Shown here one piece after another: positions 42,440-51,278 of a DNA stretch of 64,000 nucleotides. The notes beneath the pieces are model-generated. The model was given only the letters and a program-made list of their open reading frames with translations, ran no database searches and had not been told where the DNA came from. Source of the DNA: Glaciecola sp. (lineage in GTDB: Bacteria; Pseudomonadota; Gammaproteobacteria; Enterobacterales; Alteromonadaceae); contig CBFHTO010000014.1 of the NCBI GenBank assembly GCA_965658765.1, forward strand, positions 90-64,089, given 5' to 3'. The first letter of the stretch is position 1. The number at the start of each line of letters is the position of its first letter. The translations under genes and the position numbers were made by a program.

Positions 42440-44761
42440 TTGAAACTAGTATCTTTGATAAGTATGCCATTTAAATGGTTCACTCGACATTTTTGGAAAA
42501 TTAGCGTTGTTTCGCTCGTAGTGATTGTCAGCTACCTCGTATATTTGGACGCACAAATACAACCTAGATTCGAGGGCAATAAATGGGAGGTTCCCGCACA
42601 AATTTTCGCTCGCCCCTTAAGTATTGAGAAGGGAGAGGAGATCAGTAAACAAGAGATCTTGGACGAGCTAAAATTACTTGGATACAGAGCAACACAGCGA
42701 GCAGACGAAGTGGGCGAATACTCGAGCGCGTTAAATAAGTTGATCATTTATCGACGCGAATTTTATTACCCTGACCACACCTATCCTGCACAAAAAGTGC
42801 TCATAGAGTGGGATGGCGCAAGGATTTCGTCAATTCAAGCAATAGAATCAAATACTAGGCTACGTCGAACCAGCCTAGAGCCTTGGTTGGTCTCTCGTCT
42901 TGTCGGCGGTTTAGACGAAGATAGGATGTTAGTAGGTAATGCTGATATCCCTAGTTTATTAAAAGCCAGTTTAATAACAGTAGAAGATCGGGATTTTTAC
43001 GAACACTTTGGTGTAGCTCCATTATCAATACTACGTGCCTTAATTGCTAATATCACTGCGGGGCGCACGGTTCAAGGCGGTAGTACTTTGACTCAACAAC
43101 TAGTCAAGAATTTGTTTCTCACTCGCGAACGCTCATACGTACGAAAGCTAAAAGAAGCGGCAATGGCTTTGGTTATAGATGCAAGATACAGTAAAGACGA
43201 AATATTAAACGCCTACATCAATGAAGTTTTTTTAGGACAAAATGGTGCAGTCGCGATTCATGGATTCGGACTTGCAAGTCATTATTTTTTCAATCGCCCA
43301 TTAAACGAGCTTGGGATCACCGAAATCGCAACGCTAGTTGGTATGGTAAAAGGCCCTTCGTATTACGATCCGATACGTCATCCTGAGCGTTCAACAGAGC
43401 GTCGAAATCTAGTTTTAAGGCTCTTATTTGAAAACTATGAAATTTCAAAGGAAGAATATGAAAAGGGGCTTAATACTCCCTTAATTACTCATGATAATCC
43501 GGCCCTTGCATCGGGAAAACATCCGGCGTTTATGGATAAAATACGTTCTGAATTAAAAAGCGTGGTGCAAACAAAAGAGACTCGCTTATCTGGCGTGAAG
43601 GTCTTTACTACACTAGACATTAATGCTCAACGAAGAGCTGAAGCTGCGCTGGTTAACGTTGTAGCACAAAAGCGCAAAGCTTATAAACAGCCGGCGCTAC
43701 AAGGAGCCTTGGTAGTATCTGACATCAAGTCAGGCGGTATTCGAGCGATTGTGGGCAGTATGGATACCACTTATGCTGGGTTCAATCGAGCGCTCAATGC
43801 GAAACGGCCTATCGGCTCTCTCATTAAACCAGTTATTTATCTGAGTGCCTTAGAAGATCCTTTTACCTTTAATTTAGCATCGCAAGTGGACGACAAACCC
43901 ATTACTTACGATGATGCGAATGGTGAAAAATGGAGACCTTTAAATGCGGATAAAAAGTTTAGACAAAGCGTTAATTTGATGGATGCAATTGTGCACTCTT
44001 ATAATGTGCCCAGCGTAAATATTGCTGCTAAAGTGGGTTTTGATGAAGTGGTATCGACGATTTCAAGACTTGGAGTACAAAGCGATGCTAAGCCTTTGCC
44101 TTCGATTGCCCTCGGTGCAGTAGAGATGTCTCCGCTTAATGTAAACCAGATTTATCAAACCATTTCTAACAATGGTGAGTTAAGACCTTTATACGCCCTT
44201 TACGCAGTTTCGACGCATGATAATGCGTTAATTTGGAAACACCAGCATCGCTCGCAAAACAGGGCTGATGAAGACGCGACTTATTTACTCAACTATGCAC
44301 TGCACAAAGTGACAAAAGAGGGCACTGCAAAAGCGATTGGCAAAACCTTCAGTAAAATTAATATGGCAGGCAAAACTGGGACAACAGATGATTACCGAGA
44401 CAGCTGGTTTAGTGGTTTTGACCGAAATCTTGTCACCACTGTTTGGCTCGGTAATGATAACAACGCGCCGATCAATATGTCGGGAGCAACAGGTGCTTTG
44501 CCAGTATTTATTGAGTTTCAAAAAAAGATGTCACCAAAAAGTTTGGTTAGGCGCTTCCCTGAGTCATTGACGATTGCCCATTTCGATAAATCAACGGGTA
44601 ATCATACACTGGCGCGCTGCGATGACGTTTTGAGCGTACCAGCAATTAAGTATGCACTTGCTGATAGAGTTTCTTGCCCTGACAGTTCGGGACAATCAAC
44701 CGTGCTTGAGCCAGAAGAGAAAGAAAAGAAAAAATCTTGGTGGGAGCGCTTATTTTCTTGA
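42440..44761 (+). CDS. mrcB: Penicillin-binding protein 1B
   Basis: TM plus UB2H region; transglycosylase EDRDFY, QGGSTLTQQLVKN; transpeptidase GSLIKP, SYN, KTG. Confidence 0.96.
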   Translation: MKLVSLISMPFKWFTRHFWKISVVSLVVIVSYLVYLDAQIQPRFEGNKWEVPAQIFARPLSIEKGEEISKQEILDELKLLGYRATQRADEVGEYSSALNKLIIYRREFYYPDHTYPAQKVLIEWDGARISSIQAIESNTRLRRTSLEPWLVSRLVGGLDEDRMLVGNADIPSLLKASLITVEDRDFYEHFGVAPLSILRALIANITAGRTVQGGSTLTQQLVKNLFLTRERSYVRKLKEAAMALVIDARYSKDEILNAYINEVFLGQNGAVAIHGFGLASHYFFNRPLNELGITEIATLVGMVKGPSYYDPIRHPERSTERRNLVLRLLFENYEISKEEYEKGLNTPLITHDNPALASGKHPAFMDKIRSELKSVVQTKETRLSGVKVFTTLDINAQRRAEAALVNVVAQKRKAYKQPALQGALVVSDIKSGGIRAIVGSMDTTYAGFNRALNAKRPIGSLIKPVIYLSALEDPFTFNLASQVDDKPITYDDANGEKWRPLNADKKFRQSVNLMDAIVHSYNVPSVNIAAKVGFDEVVSTISRLGVQSDAKPLPSIALGAVEMSPLNVNQIYQTISNNGELRPLYALYAVSTHDNALIWKHQHRSQNRADEDATYLLNYALHKVTKEGTAKAIGKTFSKINMAGKTGTTDDYRDSWFSGFDRNLVTTVWLGNDNNAPINMSGATGALPVFIEFQKKMSPKSLVRRFPESLTIAHFDKSTGNHTLARCDDVLSVPAIKYALADRVSCPDSSGQSTVLEPEEKEKKKSWWERLFS

Positions 44762-44880
44762 GAAAATTGCGTATTTAATTTTTTGCCTGTGCTGTCAATT
44801 TACTTGTTAGATATTCTGAAATAGGTCATGGTAGCGCTTTAAATGGAATATGAGCGAAACACGGCAATGGCGTCCTAAAA

Positions 44881-45345
44881 ATGAGTATTTTCAGCAACTT
44901 CACAGAAGTACCAGAATTTTCGTTCACAGAAATATCACTGACTTGGTTTTTGATCACGGCTTCTGTAGCCATGATCTTTTCGTTGATTGAGGCTTGGCTT
45001 GCAACGCTTATTGTGTACGGAAAGCTCACATTTTTAAAAAAAGTATTCCCAGTACCCCACAATTTGGTGCGCTCCCATGTGGATTATTTGATTATGGCGG
45101 CGCTTTTATGTCTGTCGTATTTCTTGTGCATACACTTACGGATTGAACCGCCGGCTTGGCTCGTAGCCCTTCTATGTTTTGGCGTGCTATACAACCCTTT
45201 TGGGTTTTTCTTACAAGCCATCAATCCTAAGATAGGTCGTTCAGATACAACGTTCGGGCGCATTGTGGTCTGCGCCAGCTTCTTGCCAACAACGCTTGGT
45301 TTTGGCTACGTGTTTATAAGCGTTATTTTAGCGCTTCTATCATAA
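44881..45345 (+). CDS. Hypothetical integral membrane protein (about 4 TM)
   Basis: 154-aa ORF with four hydrophobic segments; no family firmly recognised. Confidence 0.7.
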   Translation: MSIFSNFTEVPEFSFTEISLTWFLITASVAMIFSLIEAWLATLIVYGKLTFLKKVFPVPHNLVRSHVDYLIMAALLCLSYFLCIHLRIEPPAWLVALLCFGVLYNPFGFFLQAINPKIGRSDTTFGRIVVCASFLPTTLGFGYVFISVILALLS

Positions 45346-45419
45346 GGACCTGATATTACATCTGCGCCAAGCTGTATCTTTGAAGCCCTTAAGAACGTTC
45401 GAGAGAATGACACCAGATA

Positions 45420-45665
45420 CTAGTGTTGTAGCCGCGTGAATTTCTCAGCTAATTGGTCAATATCTTCTTTGTGCTCAGGGTCAGGTATAATGCACTCAAC
45501 AGGACACACTTGTACGCAACTTGGCTCGTCGTAATGGCCAACACATTCAGTGCATTTGTCGCTGTCAATCTCAAAAATCTCGTTGCCCATGAAAATGGCT
45601 TCGTTTGGACACTCTACTGCGCACAAGTCGCAGTTTATGCATTCTTCCGTTATGTGTAATGCCAT
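45420..45665 (-). CDS. yfhL: YfhL-family 2x[4Fe-4S] ferredoxin
   Basis: CINCDLCAVECP; CTECVGHYDEPSCVQVCP. Confidence 0.93.
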   Translation of the reverse strand: MALHITEECINCDLCAVECPNEAIFMGNEIFEIDSDKCTECVGHYDEPSCVQVCPVECIIPDPEHKEDIDQLAEKFTRLQH

Positions 45666-46388
45666 TTTAATACCCCTGTTGTTGTCTCGTTTGATGTTGC
45701 TATCTCGCTGATATATATCTTTAAATATCAGTCATCTGAATGCTCAGGGGCACTATTATGAACAAACATATATGTATAATAAGCAGCCATCACTAGCATG
45801 ATTAATATACCTAGAAAAGAACCCCATACTACTGGATCGCTAAAAATCATAGAAAACATAGTCAATTACCTCTTTAAAAAATTGGGCCTTTAAATGCCGT
45901 TTCTCTTTGTTGCTTATCTTATGTAATACAAGAAGTAGACCATATTTCCAAATTAATTTAAGTGTATGTAAATATTGAACTTTATCTAATTTGGGGGAGG
46001 GTACAAAAATAAAACCTATAATTTAATTGTCATTATTGGCGATGTCGCTGCCAATAATGGCATTGATGCCGTTAGTATTGAGGAGTATTCAGTATGTAAA
46101 AAATTGGCTTTTAGTACGTTTATGCGCACGTATTTCTGCGAGACACGTGTATACATAAATAGTAAAAATATTATGATTATTTTAATTCTGAGCTTGGAAA
46201 TTGCTTTTTCTAACTTATATTGATGAACTTAGCACTGGTTAGAAAATAGGTTGGCAAACGGCTCCTATGGCGCAGCATTGAGGCGAATTGTTGGCAAGCA
46301 CTCAGCCAATAAGTATAAATTTTCCACCTTACTTTTTTATCAATGGTGATACATTATGGCGTCAATTATAATGCAAGTGATGTCAATT

Positions 46389-46580
46389 ATGCGAACAACA
46401 GTCAGTATTGAAGATGAACTTTTTGCGCAAGCAGCGCAATTCTGCGAACCAAATAGCGATAAAGCCAGTGTGATAAGAGAAGCTATGAAAACTTTCGTGC
46501 TAGTCAAGGCAGCACAAAGGCTCGCAGCGCTTGGTGGAAGGAAACCTGAAATGGAAGATATTCCCAGACAGAGGGGGTGA
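46389..46580 (+). CDS. vapB: VapB-family antitoxin
   Basis: MRTTVSIEDELF..A...K..VIREAM..RLAALGG; overlaps the PIN toxin gene by 4 nt (GTGA). ATG at 46389 preferred. Confidence 0.85.
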   Translation: MRTTVSIEDELFAQAAQFCEPNSDKASVIREAMKTFVLVKAAQRLAALGGRKPEMEDIPRQRG

Positions 46581-46957
46581 AAATGGTATTGGTAGATACC
46601 TCTGTTTGGGTAGCCCATTTTAAAGCTACAAATGATGACCTCGTTTACCTACTAAAGAATGACGAAGTACTATGTCATCCGTTAATATTGGCTGAGATTG
46701 CCTGCCGAACTCCTCCGGGCCCTCGGGCACAGACTCTTAAGGATCTGTCGCTACTGCAAACTATTCCTGTTGCAACGATGCAAGAGGTACTCGAATCCAT
46801 TGAGGTAAACAAACTTTATGGTAAGGGTTGCGGCTATATAGATTTAGCACTTCTAGCGTCAGTTTTTCTATGTAAAAGTCAAAGCTTATGGACTCACGAT
46901 AAAAGATTGAATATGTTAACCTCACAATATGGGAAGGCCTTTCAAATAACCACTTAA
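46577..46957 (+). CDS. vapC: VapC PIN-domain toxin
   Basis: VLVDTSVWV; ILAEI; GYIDLALLAS; LWTHDKRL. Confidence 0.9.
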   Translation: MKMVLVDTSVWVAHFKATNDDLVYLLKNDEVLCHPLILAEIACRTPPGPRAQTLKDLSLLQTIPVATMQEVLESIEVNKLYGKGCGYIDLALLASVFLCKSQSLWTHDKRLNMLTSQYGKAFQITT

Positions 46958-46979
46958 ACCAAATCTAAAGAGTCTCATC

Positions 46980-47353
46980 GTCAATGTCCGCATCACGCCC
47001 TGAGCCATTCAACAAGCTTTTTATGCCGCTAAAAGAGGAGAGTTTCTCTCTTTTAGTGCTTTTAAATATTTCGATTCATCGTAAGGCGTTCTCGCCTTCC
47101 AACATTTAAATACAATCCGCACCCATTTGTATGAAAGCGCTCTAGCTGCTTGTTGGTGAGACCTCCCTTTTGCTCCTTGGTTCGCATAGTAAAGGCCGGC
47201 CCAATAAGACTGGTGAACACTTTTGGCTGCCCATTCAATAAAGCTTTGCCTAACGAACTTCGAACATTGCCACCGCCAGTGCACCCAGCACGATTGGCCA
47301 CTTCGCTCTGTAACCGGCGACAGGCCAGCGTAATTTTGGATTTCTTTTGCTCA
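46980..47353 (-). mobile_element. IS110-family transposase remnant (C-terminal part plus right flank)
   Basis: Minus frame 47350-47021 reads AKEIQNYAGLSPVTERSGQSCWVHWRWQCSKFVRQSF..ALSYKWVRIVFKCW, preceded by an in-frame TGA at 47353-47351; no N-terminal DEDD domain. Left boundary is approximate. Confidence 0.85.
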
Positions 47354-47503
47354 TGCTTTTTTAAGGTTAACAGCGTAGAAAAGCGAAAATTAAGTGCAAC
47401 GATAACCACTATGTGAATTCACTTTATAAAATCTTGAACCCAACAACAAAATCTCAGCTAAGAGATTAGAATTAATTTATAATTACAAACAGAGATAGAG
47501 TCT

Positions 47504-48046
47504 ATGAAAATAAAACAAACAATTATGTTGTTGACAGCGATTAACGCTGCATACGCTTATGCAGACGTCAACTATGATTTGGATGATTTGCAGCGTTGGG
47601 AAATGGTCAGCGTTGAAATCTGTTTGGATGCCGCGTTGGAAAAGATTGATGGTTCAGCTCAATGACATGAATTAAAGGTTGAAGGTGATGACCCAGTTTA
47701 CGAGTTTGATATTTTAGCTGAGGATGGCAATCAATATAACGTTGAGTGCAATGCGGAAGACGGGTTTGTGACGGAAGTCGAACGTAAAGCGTCACCCGAT
47801 GATCCAGTCTTTAAGCGATATGCAAAAATATCAAAACAAGATGCTGAAAAAGTCTCCTTGGATTTTCATCCAGGTGAAGTCGTTGCAACTGAATACGAAG
47901 TTGGATTCGATGGCAGCGTGACTTATGAGTTTGATATCATGACGAACTTAGGTCCTGAAGTGAAAGTAGACGTGAACGCAGTGACTGGTTAAATTGAAGA
48001 AGCAAATTTTGAGTTGTATGAAATTGGCGCTGTAGAAAAAAAATAA
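47504..48046 (+). pseudogene. Secreted tandem-PepSY protein with two in-frame stops
   Basis: One frame: signal peptide MKIKQTIMLL..AYA, PepSY-like repeats (YEFDI..VECNAEDG; YEFDI..VDVNAVTG); internal TGA at 47663-47665 and TAA at 47990-47992; final TAA at 48044-48046. Confidence 0.8.
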
Positions 48047-48139
48047 GCACTCACAGACATAATGGCAAAATAGTGAGTGTTAACTATTTTTTCCCTCTTA
48101 TTTCCTCTCGCTTTACCAAAGACTGCCGATATGTAATTT

Positions 48140-48568
48140 ATGAATGCAGATTTTATTATATTTTATGTTTTCCTCCCGGTGTTTGCGTTTTCTTTTGCAA
48201 GCGCGATGGCATGGTTGCTTTGTGTTTCGTCTTTAGTGCAACACCTTGTAGATCGACATGATGATGTGTATAAACATTTAGGTAGTCCTGTTATTCATGT
48301 TTTATTTTGGTCATTTCCTAAAGAGAGAAAGGTAAGCGCTCGGGTTCGCGCGAGTGCCACAAGTTTCACCTTAAGAAATGAATACACATTCACCGAAATT
48401 AAAAGTATGACGCACTACGTAAGTTTTATTTTTAAAGCGGGTTATCGCAGCATAGACGACCCTACGCTCATAAAAAAAGGTGATCGAGCTCGTATTGTGG
48501 GTATATGCAGCGCAAGTAGCTTTACATCATTATTTTTGATTGCTTTGGTGATTGGAATAGTCGGCTGA
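48140..48568 (+). CDS. Hypothetical membrane protein
   Basis: 142-aa ORF with hydrophobic N- and C-terminal helices; no family recognised. Confidence 0.6.
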   Translation: MNADFIIFYVFLPVFAFSFASAMAWLLCVSSLVQHLVDRHDDVYKHLGSPVIHVLFWSFPKERKVSARVRASATSFTLRNEYTFTEIKSMTHYVSFIFKAGYRSIDDPTLIKKGDRARIVGICSASSFTSLFLIALVIGIVG

Positions 48569-48750
48569 TAACTATTATTTTAGGCGGTGGGTATCAACTA
48601 TCTTAAATGCACTTATCACACTAAAATGATGTTAAATAATTGAATTAAAAATAATATTTTTTATTAATGTCTGTTTTATCACTTAATTTACTGCTTACCT
48701 TATTGCTTCTTTCGTTCAACTTTTCTAAAACAAGTATCTGTATCAGCTTA

Positions 48751-48813
48751 GTCCATATCTAAAGACCATCCATATTAAAGATCGTCCATATAAAGGCCAG
48801 CCATATAAAGATC
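48751..48813 (+). repeat. Four short direct repeats (15-17 bp, core CCATAT(N0-2)AAAG)
   Basis: GTCCATATCTAAAGACC / ATCCATATTAAAGATC / GTCCATATAAAGGCC / AGCCATATAAAGATC. Confidence 0.85.
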
Positions 48814-48822
48814 GTACATTCC

Positions 48823-48868
48823 TGCACTGAAATGGTTCAACATTGTGATTTCGCACTAAAATAGTGCT
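48823..48868. promoter_or_regulatory. Two NtrC-type enhancer sites
   Basis: TGCACTGAAATGGTTCA (48823-48839) and CGCACTAAAATAGTGCT (48852-48868) against consensus TGCACCA-N3-TGGTGCA. Confidence 0.75.
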
Positions 48869-48931
48869 TAAAATCTAAGTTGTTTCTCTCTTTTTTGCTC
48901 TAAGTTTATGAAAAATAATGTTATTTATTTT

Positions 48932-48947
48932 TGGCACTGCTTTTGTA
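48932..48947 (+). promoter_or_regulatory. Sigma54 promoter of glnK-amtB
   Basis: TGGCAC-TGCTT-TTGTA (-24 GG; -12 is GT rather than GC), about 60 bp before the glnK ATG. Confidence 0.75.
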
Positions 48948-49008
48948 TTGAAAGTCACTATCCGAAACAAGAACACATTCTTTTTTTTAAATTAAGCAGG
49001 AGCAACAT

Positions 49009-49347
49009 ATGAAACTAGTCACTGCAATCGTCAAGCCTTTTAAGCTAGATGATGTTCGTGAGGCCATCTCAGAGATTGGCATCGATGGCTTGACAGTAAC
49101 CGAAGTGAAAGGCTTTGGTCGTCAAAAGGGTCACACCGAGCTTTATCGTGGAGCAGAATACCAAGTGGATTTCTTACCTAAGGTGAAGTTAGAAATCGCG
49201 GTACACGCTGACCAAGTGGAGCGTTTAGTTGAAGCCATCGTTGGCGCAGCAAAAACAGGCAAAATTGGTGACGGCAAAGTCTTTGTCTACGATTTACAGC
49301 ACGCGGTACGAATTCGTACAGGTGAAGTAGACAGCGAAGCCCTTTAA
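49009..49347 (+). CDS. glnK: Nitrogen regulatory protein PII
   Basis: AIVKPFKLDDVREA; GFGRQKGHTELYRGAEY; GKIGDGK; directly upstream of amtB. Confidence 0.97.
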   Translation: MKLVTAIVKPFKLDDVREAISEIGIDGLTVTEVKGFGRQKGHTELYRGAEYQVDFLPKVKLEIAVHADQVERLVEAIVGAAKTGKIGDGKVFVYDLQHAVRIRTGEVDSEAL

Positions 49348-49374
49348 AACTAAGCACAACTCGGAGATAACACA

Positions 49375-50598
49375 ATGGAAACAACTTTTGAACTCGGGTA
49401 TGCATTAGATACCTTTTACTTTTTGGTCTGCGGTGCATTCGTGATGTGGATGGCGGCTGGCTTTGCAATGCTAGAAGCGGGTCTTGTAAGATCTAAAAAT
49501 ACCACAGAAATACTAACTAAAAACGTCGCTCTATACGCAATTGCATGTACGATGTACATGATTTGTGGATATGCCATTATGTATGGTGGCGATATTTTCT
49601 TAAGCGGCATCACTGGTGATGGCGCAACAGGCGCAGAAGACCCTGCAACTTATGCACCTTCGGCTGACTTTTTCTTCCAAGTGGTATTCGTCGCTACAGC
49701 AATGTCTATTGTTTCAGGTGCAGTTGCAGAGCGTATGAAACTATGGGCCTTTTTACTGTTTGCGGTTGTAATGACTGGTTTCATCTACCCAATGGAAGGT
49801 AGCTGGACTTGGGGCGGTAACCCAGTATTTGGTATGTATACACTTGGTGACCTTGGTTTCAGTGACTTCGCTGGTTCGGGTATTGTTCACATGGCTGGCG
49901 CAGCTGCAGCTCTTGCAGGTGTTCTTGTGCTTGGTGCTCGTAAAGGCAAATACACTAAAGATGGAAAAATCAACGCAATCCCAGGAGCAAACTTGCCATT
50001 AGCAACGCTAGGTACGTTTATTTTATGGATGGGTTGGTTTGGCTTTAACGGTGGTTCAGTACTCGCAACAGCAACGGTTGAGTCAGCAAATGCAGTCGCA
50101 ATCGTATTTATGAATACTAATGCCGCAGCGTCTGGTGGTGCCATTGCAGCACTATTGCTTGCTCGCGTATTGTTTGGCAAAGCAGACCTTACTATGGCAT
50201 TGAATGGCGCGCTCGCTGGTCTGGTTGCTATTACTGCTGAACCTTCAACTCCATCAGCACTTGAAGCGACGATCTTTGGCGCACTGGGTGGCTTGTTAGT
50301 AGTTGTCAGTATCATCGGCTTAGATAAACTGAAGATTGATGATCCAGTTGGTGCTATCTCTGTCCACGGTGTGGTTGGTTTACTTGGGCTATTACTAGTA
50401 CCATTTACTAACGACGGTTCTTCTTTCTCTGGCCAAATCATCGGTGCACTTACTATCTTTGTATGGGTATTTGTAACTAGCTTGGTTGTATGGTTAGCGA
50501 TTAAAGCAATCATGGGCGTACGAGTTTCTGAAGAAGAAGAGTACGAAGGTGTTGACGCTAGTGAATGTGGATTAGAAGCCTACCCTGAGTTTAAATAA
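49375..50598 (+). CDS. amtB: Ammonium transporter
   Basis: DFAGSGIVH; WMGWFGFNGGS; AGLVAIT; DDPVGAISVHG. Confidence 0.97.
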   Translation: METTFELGYALDTFYFLVCGAFVMWMAAGFAMLEAGLVRSKNTTEILTKNVALYAIACTMYMICGYAIMYGGDIFLSGITGDGATGAEDPATYAPSADFFFQVVFVATAMSIVSGAVAERMKLWAFLLFAVVMTGFIYPMEGSWTWGGNPVFGMYTLGDLGFSDFAGSGIVHMAGAAAALAGVLVLGARKGKYTKDGKINAIPGANLPLATLGTFILWMGWFGFNGGSVLATATVESANAVAIVFMNTNAAASGGAIAALLLARVLFGKADLTMALNGALAGLVAITAEPSTPSALEATIFGALGGLLVVVSIIGLDKLKIDDPVGAISVHGVVGLLGLLLVPFTNDGSSFSGQIIGALTIFVWVFVTSLVVWLAIKAIMGVRVSEEEEYEGVDASECGLEAYPEFK

Positions 50599-50679
50599 GC
50601 GAGAGAACTAGGATAGAAAGACTCATACAACGATAAACGGAGTCTTTCTAAATTATAATAAGCCATAAAGCTTAAACCG

Positions 50680-50712
50680 AAAACCGCAAATATTAATATT
50701 TGCGGTTTTTTT
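50680..50712 (+). terminator. Terminator downstream of amtB
   Basis: Perfect 30-nt palindrome AAAACCGCAAATATTAATATTTGCGGTTTT running into a T-tract. Confidence 0.85.
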
Positions 50713-51033
50713 ATTTTTAATACTAGGGTCTGTTCAAAACACTTTCTGTCTTATATTTCCGTGGCTAGCGATGCTCGTTGTGGGCATATTCCTGCCATTG
50801 TGTTTTTCTGCTATCTGTGAATTTATGACGCCCTCTAACATCTGGATAGATCATTTCATCTAAAGTGGCGTTTGTTCACCAACGCAGATATGCGCGAGTC
50901 TTGCATGGCGCTACTCTTATATATAAGCAAATCAGTATTTAGTGTATGTCTAAATCGTGCAGAAGAGCCTAGGATTACTACAAGCTCTATATTTTCACCA
51001 ATAACAATAATAGTATACTTGGCTGTCAAAAGA

Positions 51034-51071
51034 CTTAGCCTGTCACAAGCCTTAGCCTGTCACAAGCCTTA
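51034..51071 (+). repeat. Perfect tandem duplication, 2 x 17 bp
   Basis: CTTAGCCTGTCACAAGC twice plus CTTA; degenerate copy CTTGGCTGTCAAAAGA just upstream. Confidence 0.9.
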
Positions 51072-51278
51072 AAGTATGACGTTAACTGATTGTTGTTCTA
51101 TTCACTATAGCAAGGAGCAAGCAAGCGTTCGTGGGCTTAGTTATTGCAAAAACGAATGCTTAGGTGGCGGGGAATCAGTATTAGCGTTAAAAAATATTCA
51201 CGATAATGTATATATGGTGAAAGAAGTTTTTCTTGTGCTTGATTGCGTTCAAAACTATCTTCTATAGGGTTGGTAATT

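Noticed and set aside
45666-46340. Possible gene relic in the AT-rich spacer
   Set aside because: Hand translation gave only short frames with no recognisable motif.
47663-47665. In-frame TGA as possible selenocysteine
   Set aside because: No redox-motif context and no obvious SECIS hairpin; a second internal stop (TAA) in the same gene points to pseudogenisation.
48566-48637. attC-like pattern after the 48140 ORF (TGATAAC...GTTAAAT with an ATTTTAG/CTAAAAT stem)
   Set aside because: R'' does not fit RYYYAAC, the L boxes pair poorly and no integrase is present. Other candidates (46206-46246, 48048-48085) are too short for attC. IntegronFinder would settle it.
48751-48813. Short repeat array considered as a CRISPR or iteron cluster
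   Set aside because: Units are contiguous, 15-17 bp, with no unique spacers, and no cas or rep gene is nearby. Kept only as a regulatory-repeat finding.
49887-50513. 208-aa ORF on the minus strand
   Set aside because: Lies wholly antisense to amtB and has no recognisable motif. The same applies to the other short ORFs nested in mreB, yhdP, tldD, ribosomal genes, dcp, nhaD and the RND genes.
50872-51267. Two short plus-strand ORFs (66 and 63 aa)
   Set aside because: No clear RBS or motif; the first ends inside the 17-bp tandem repeat.
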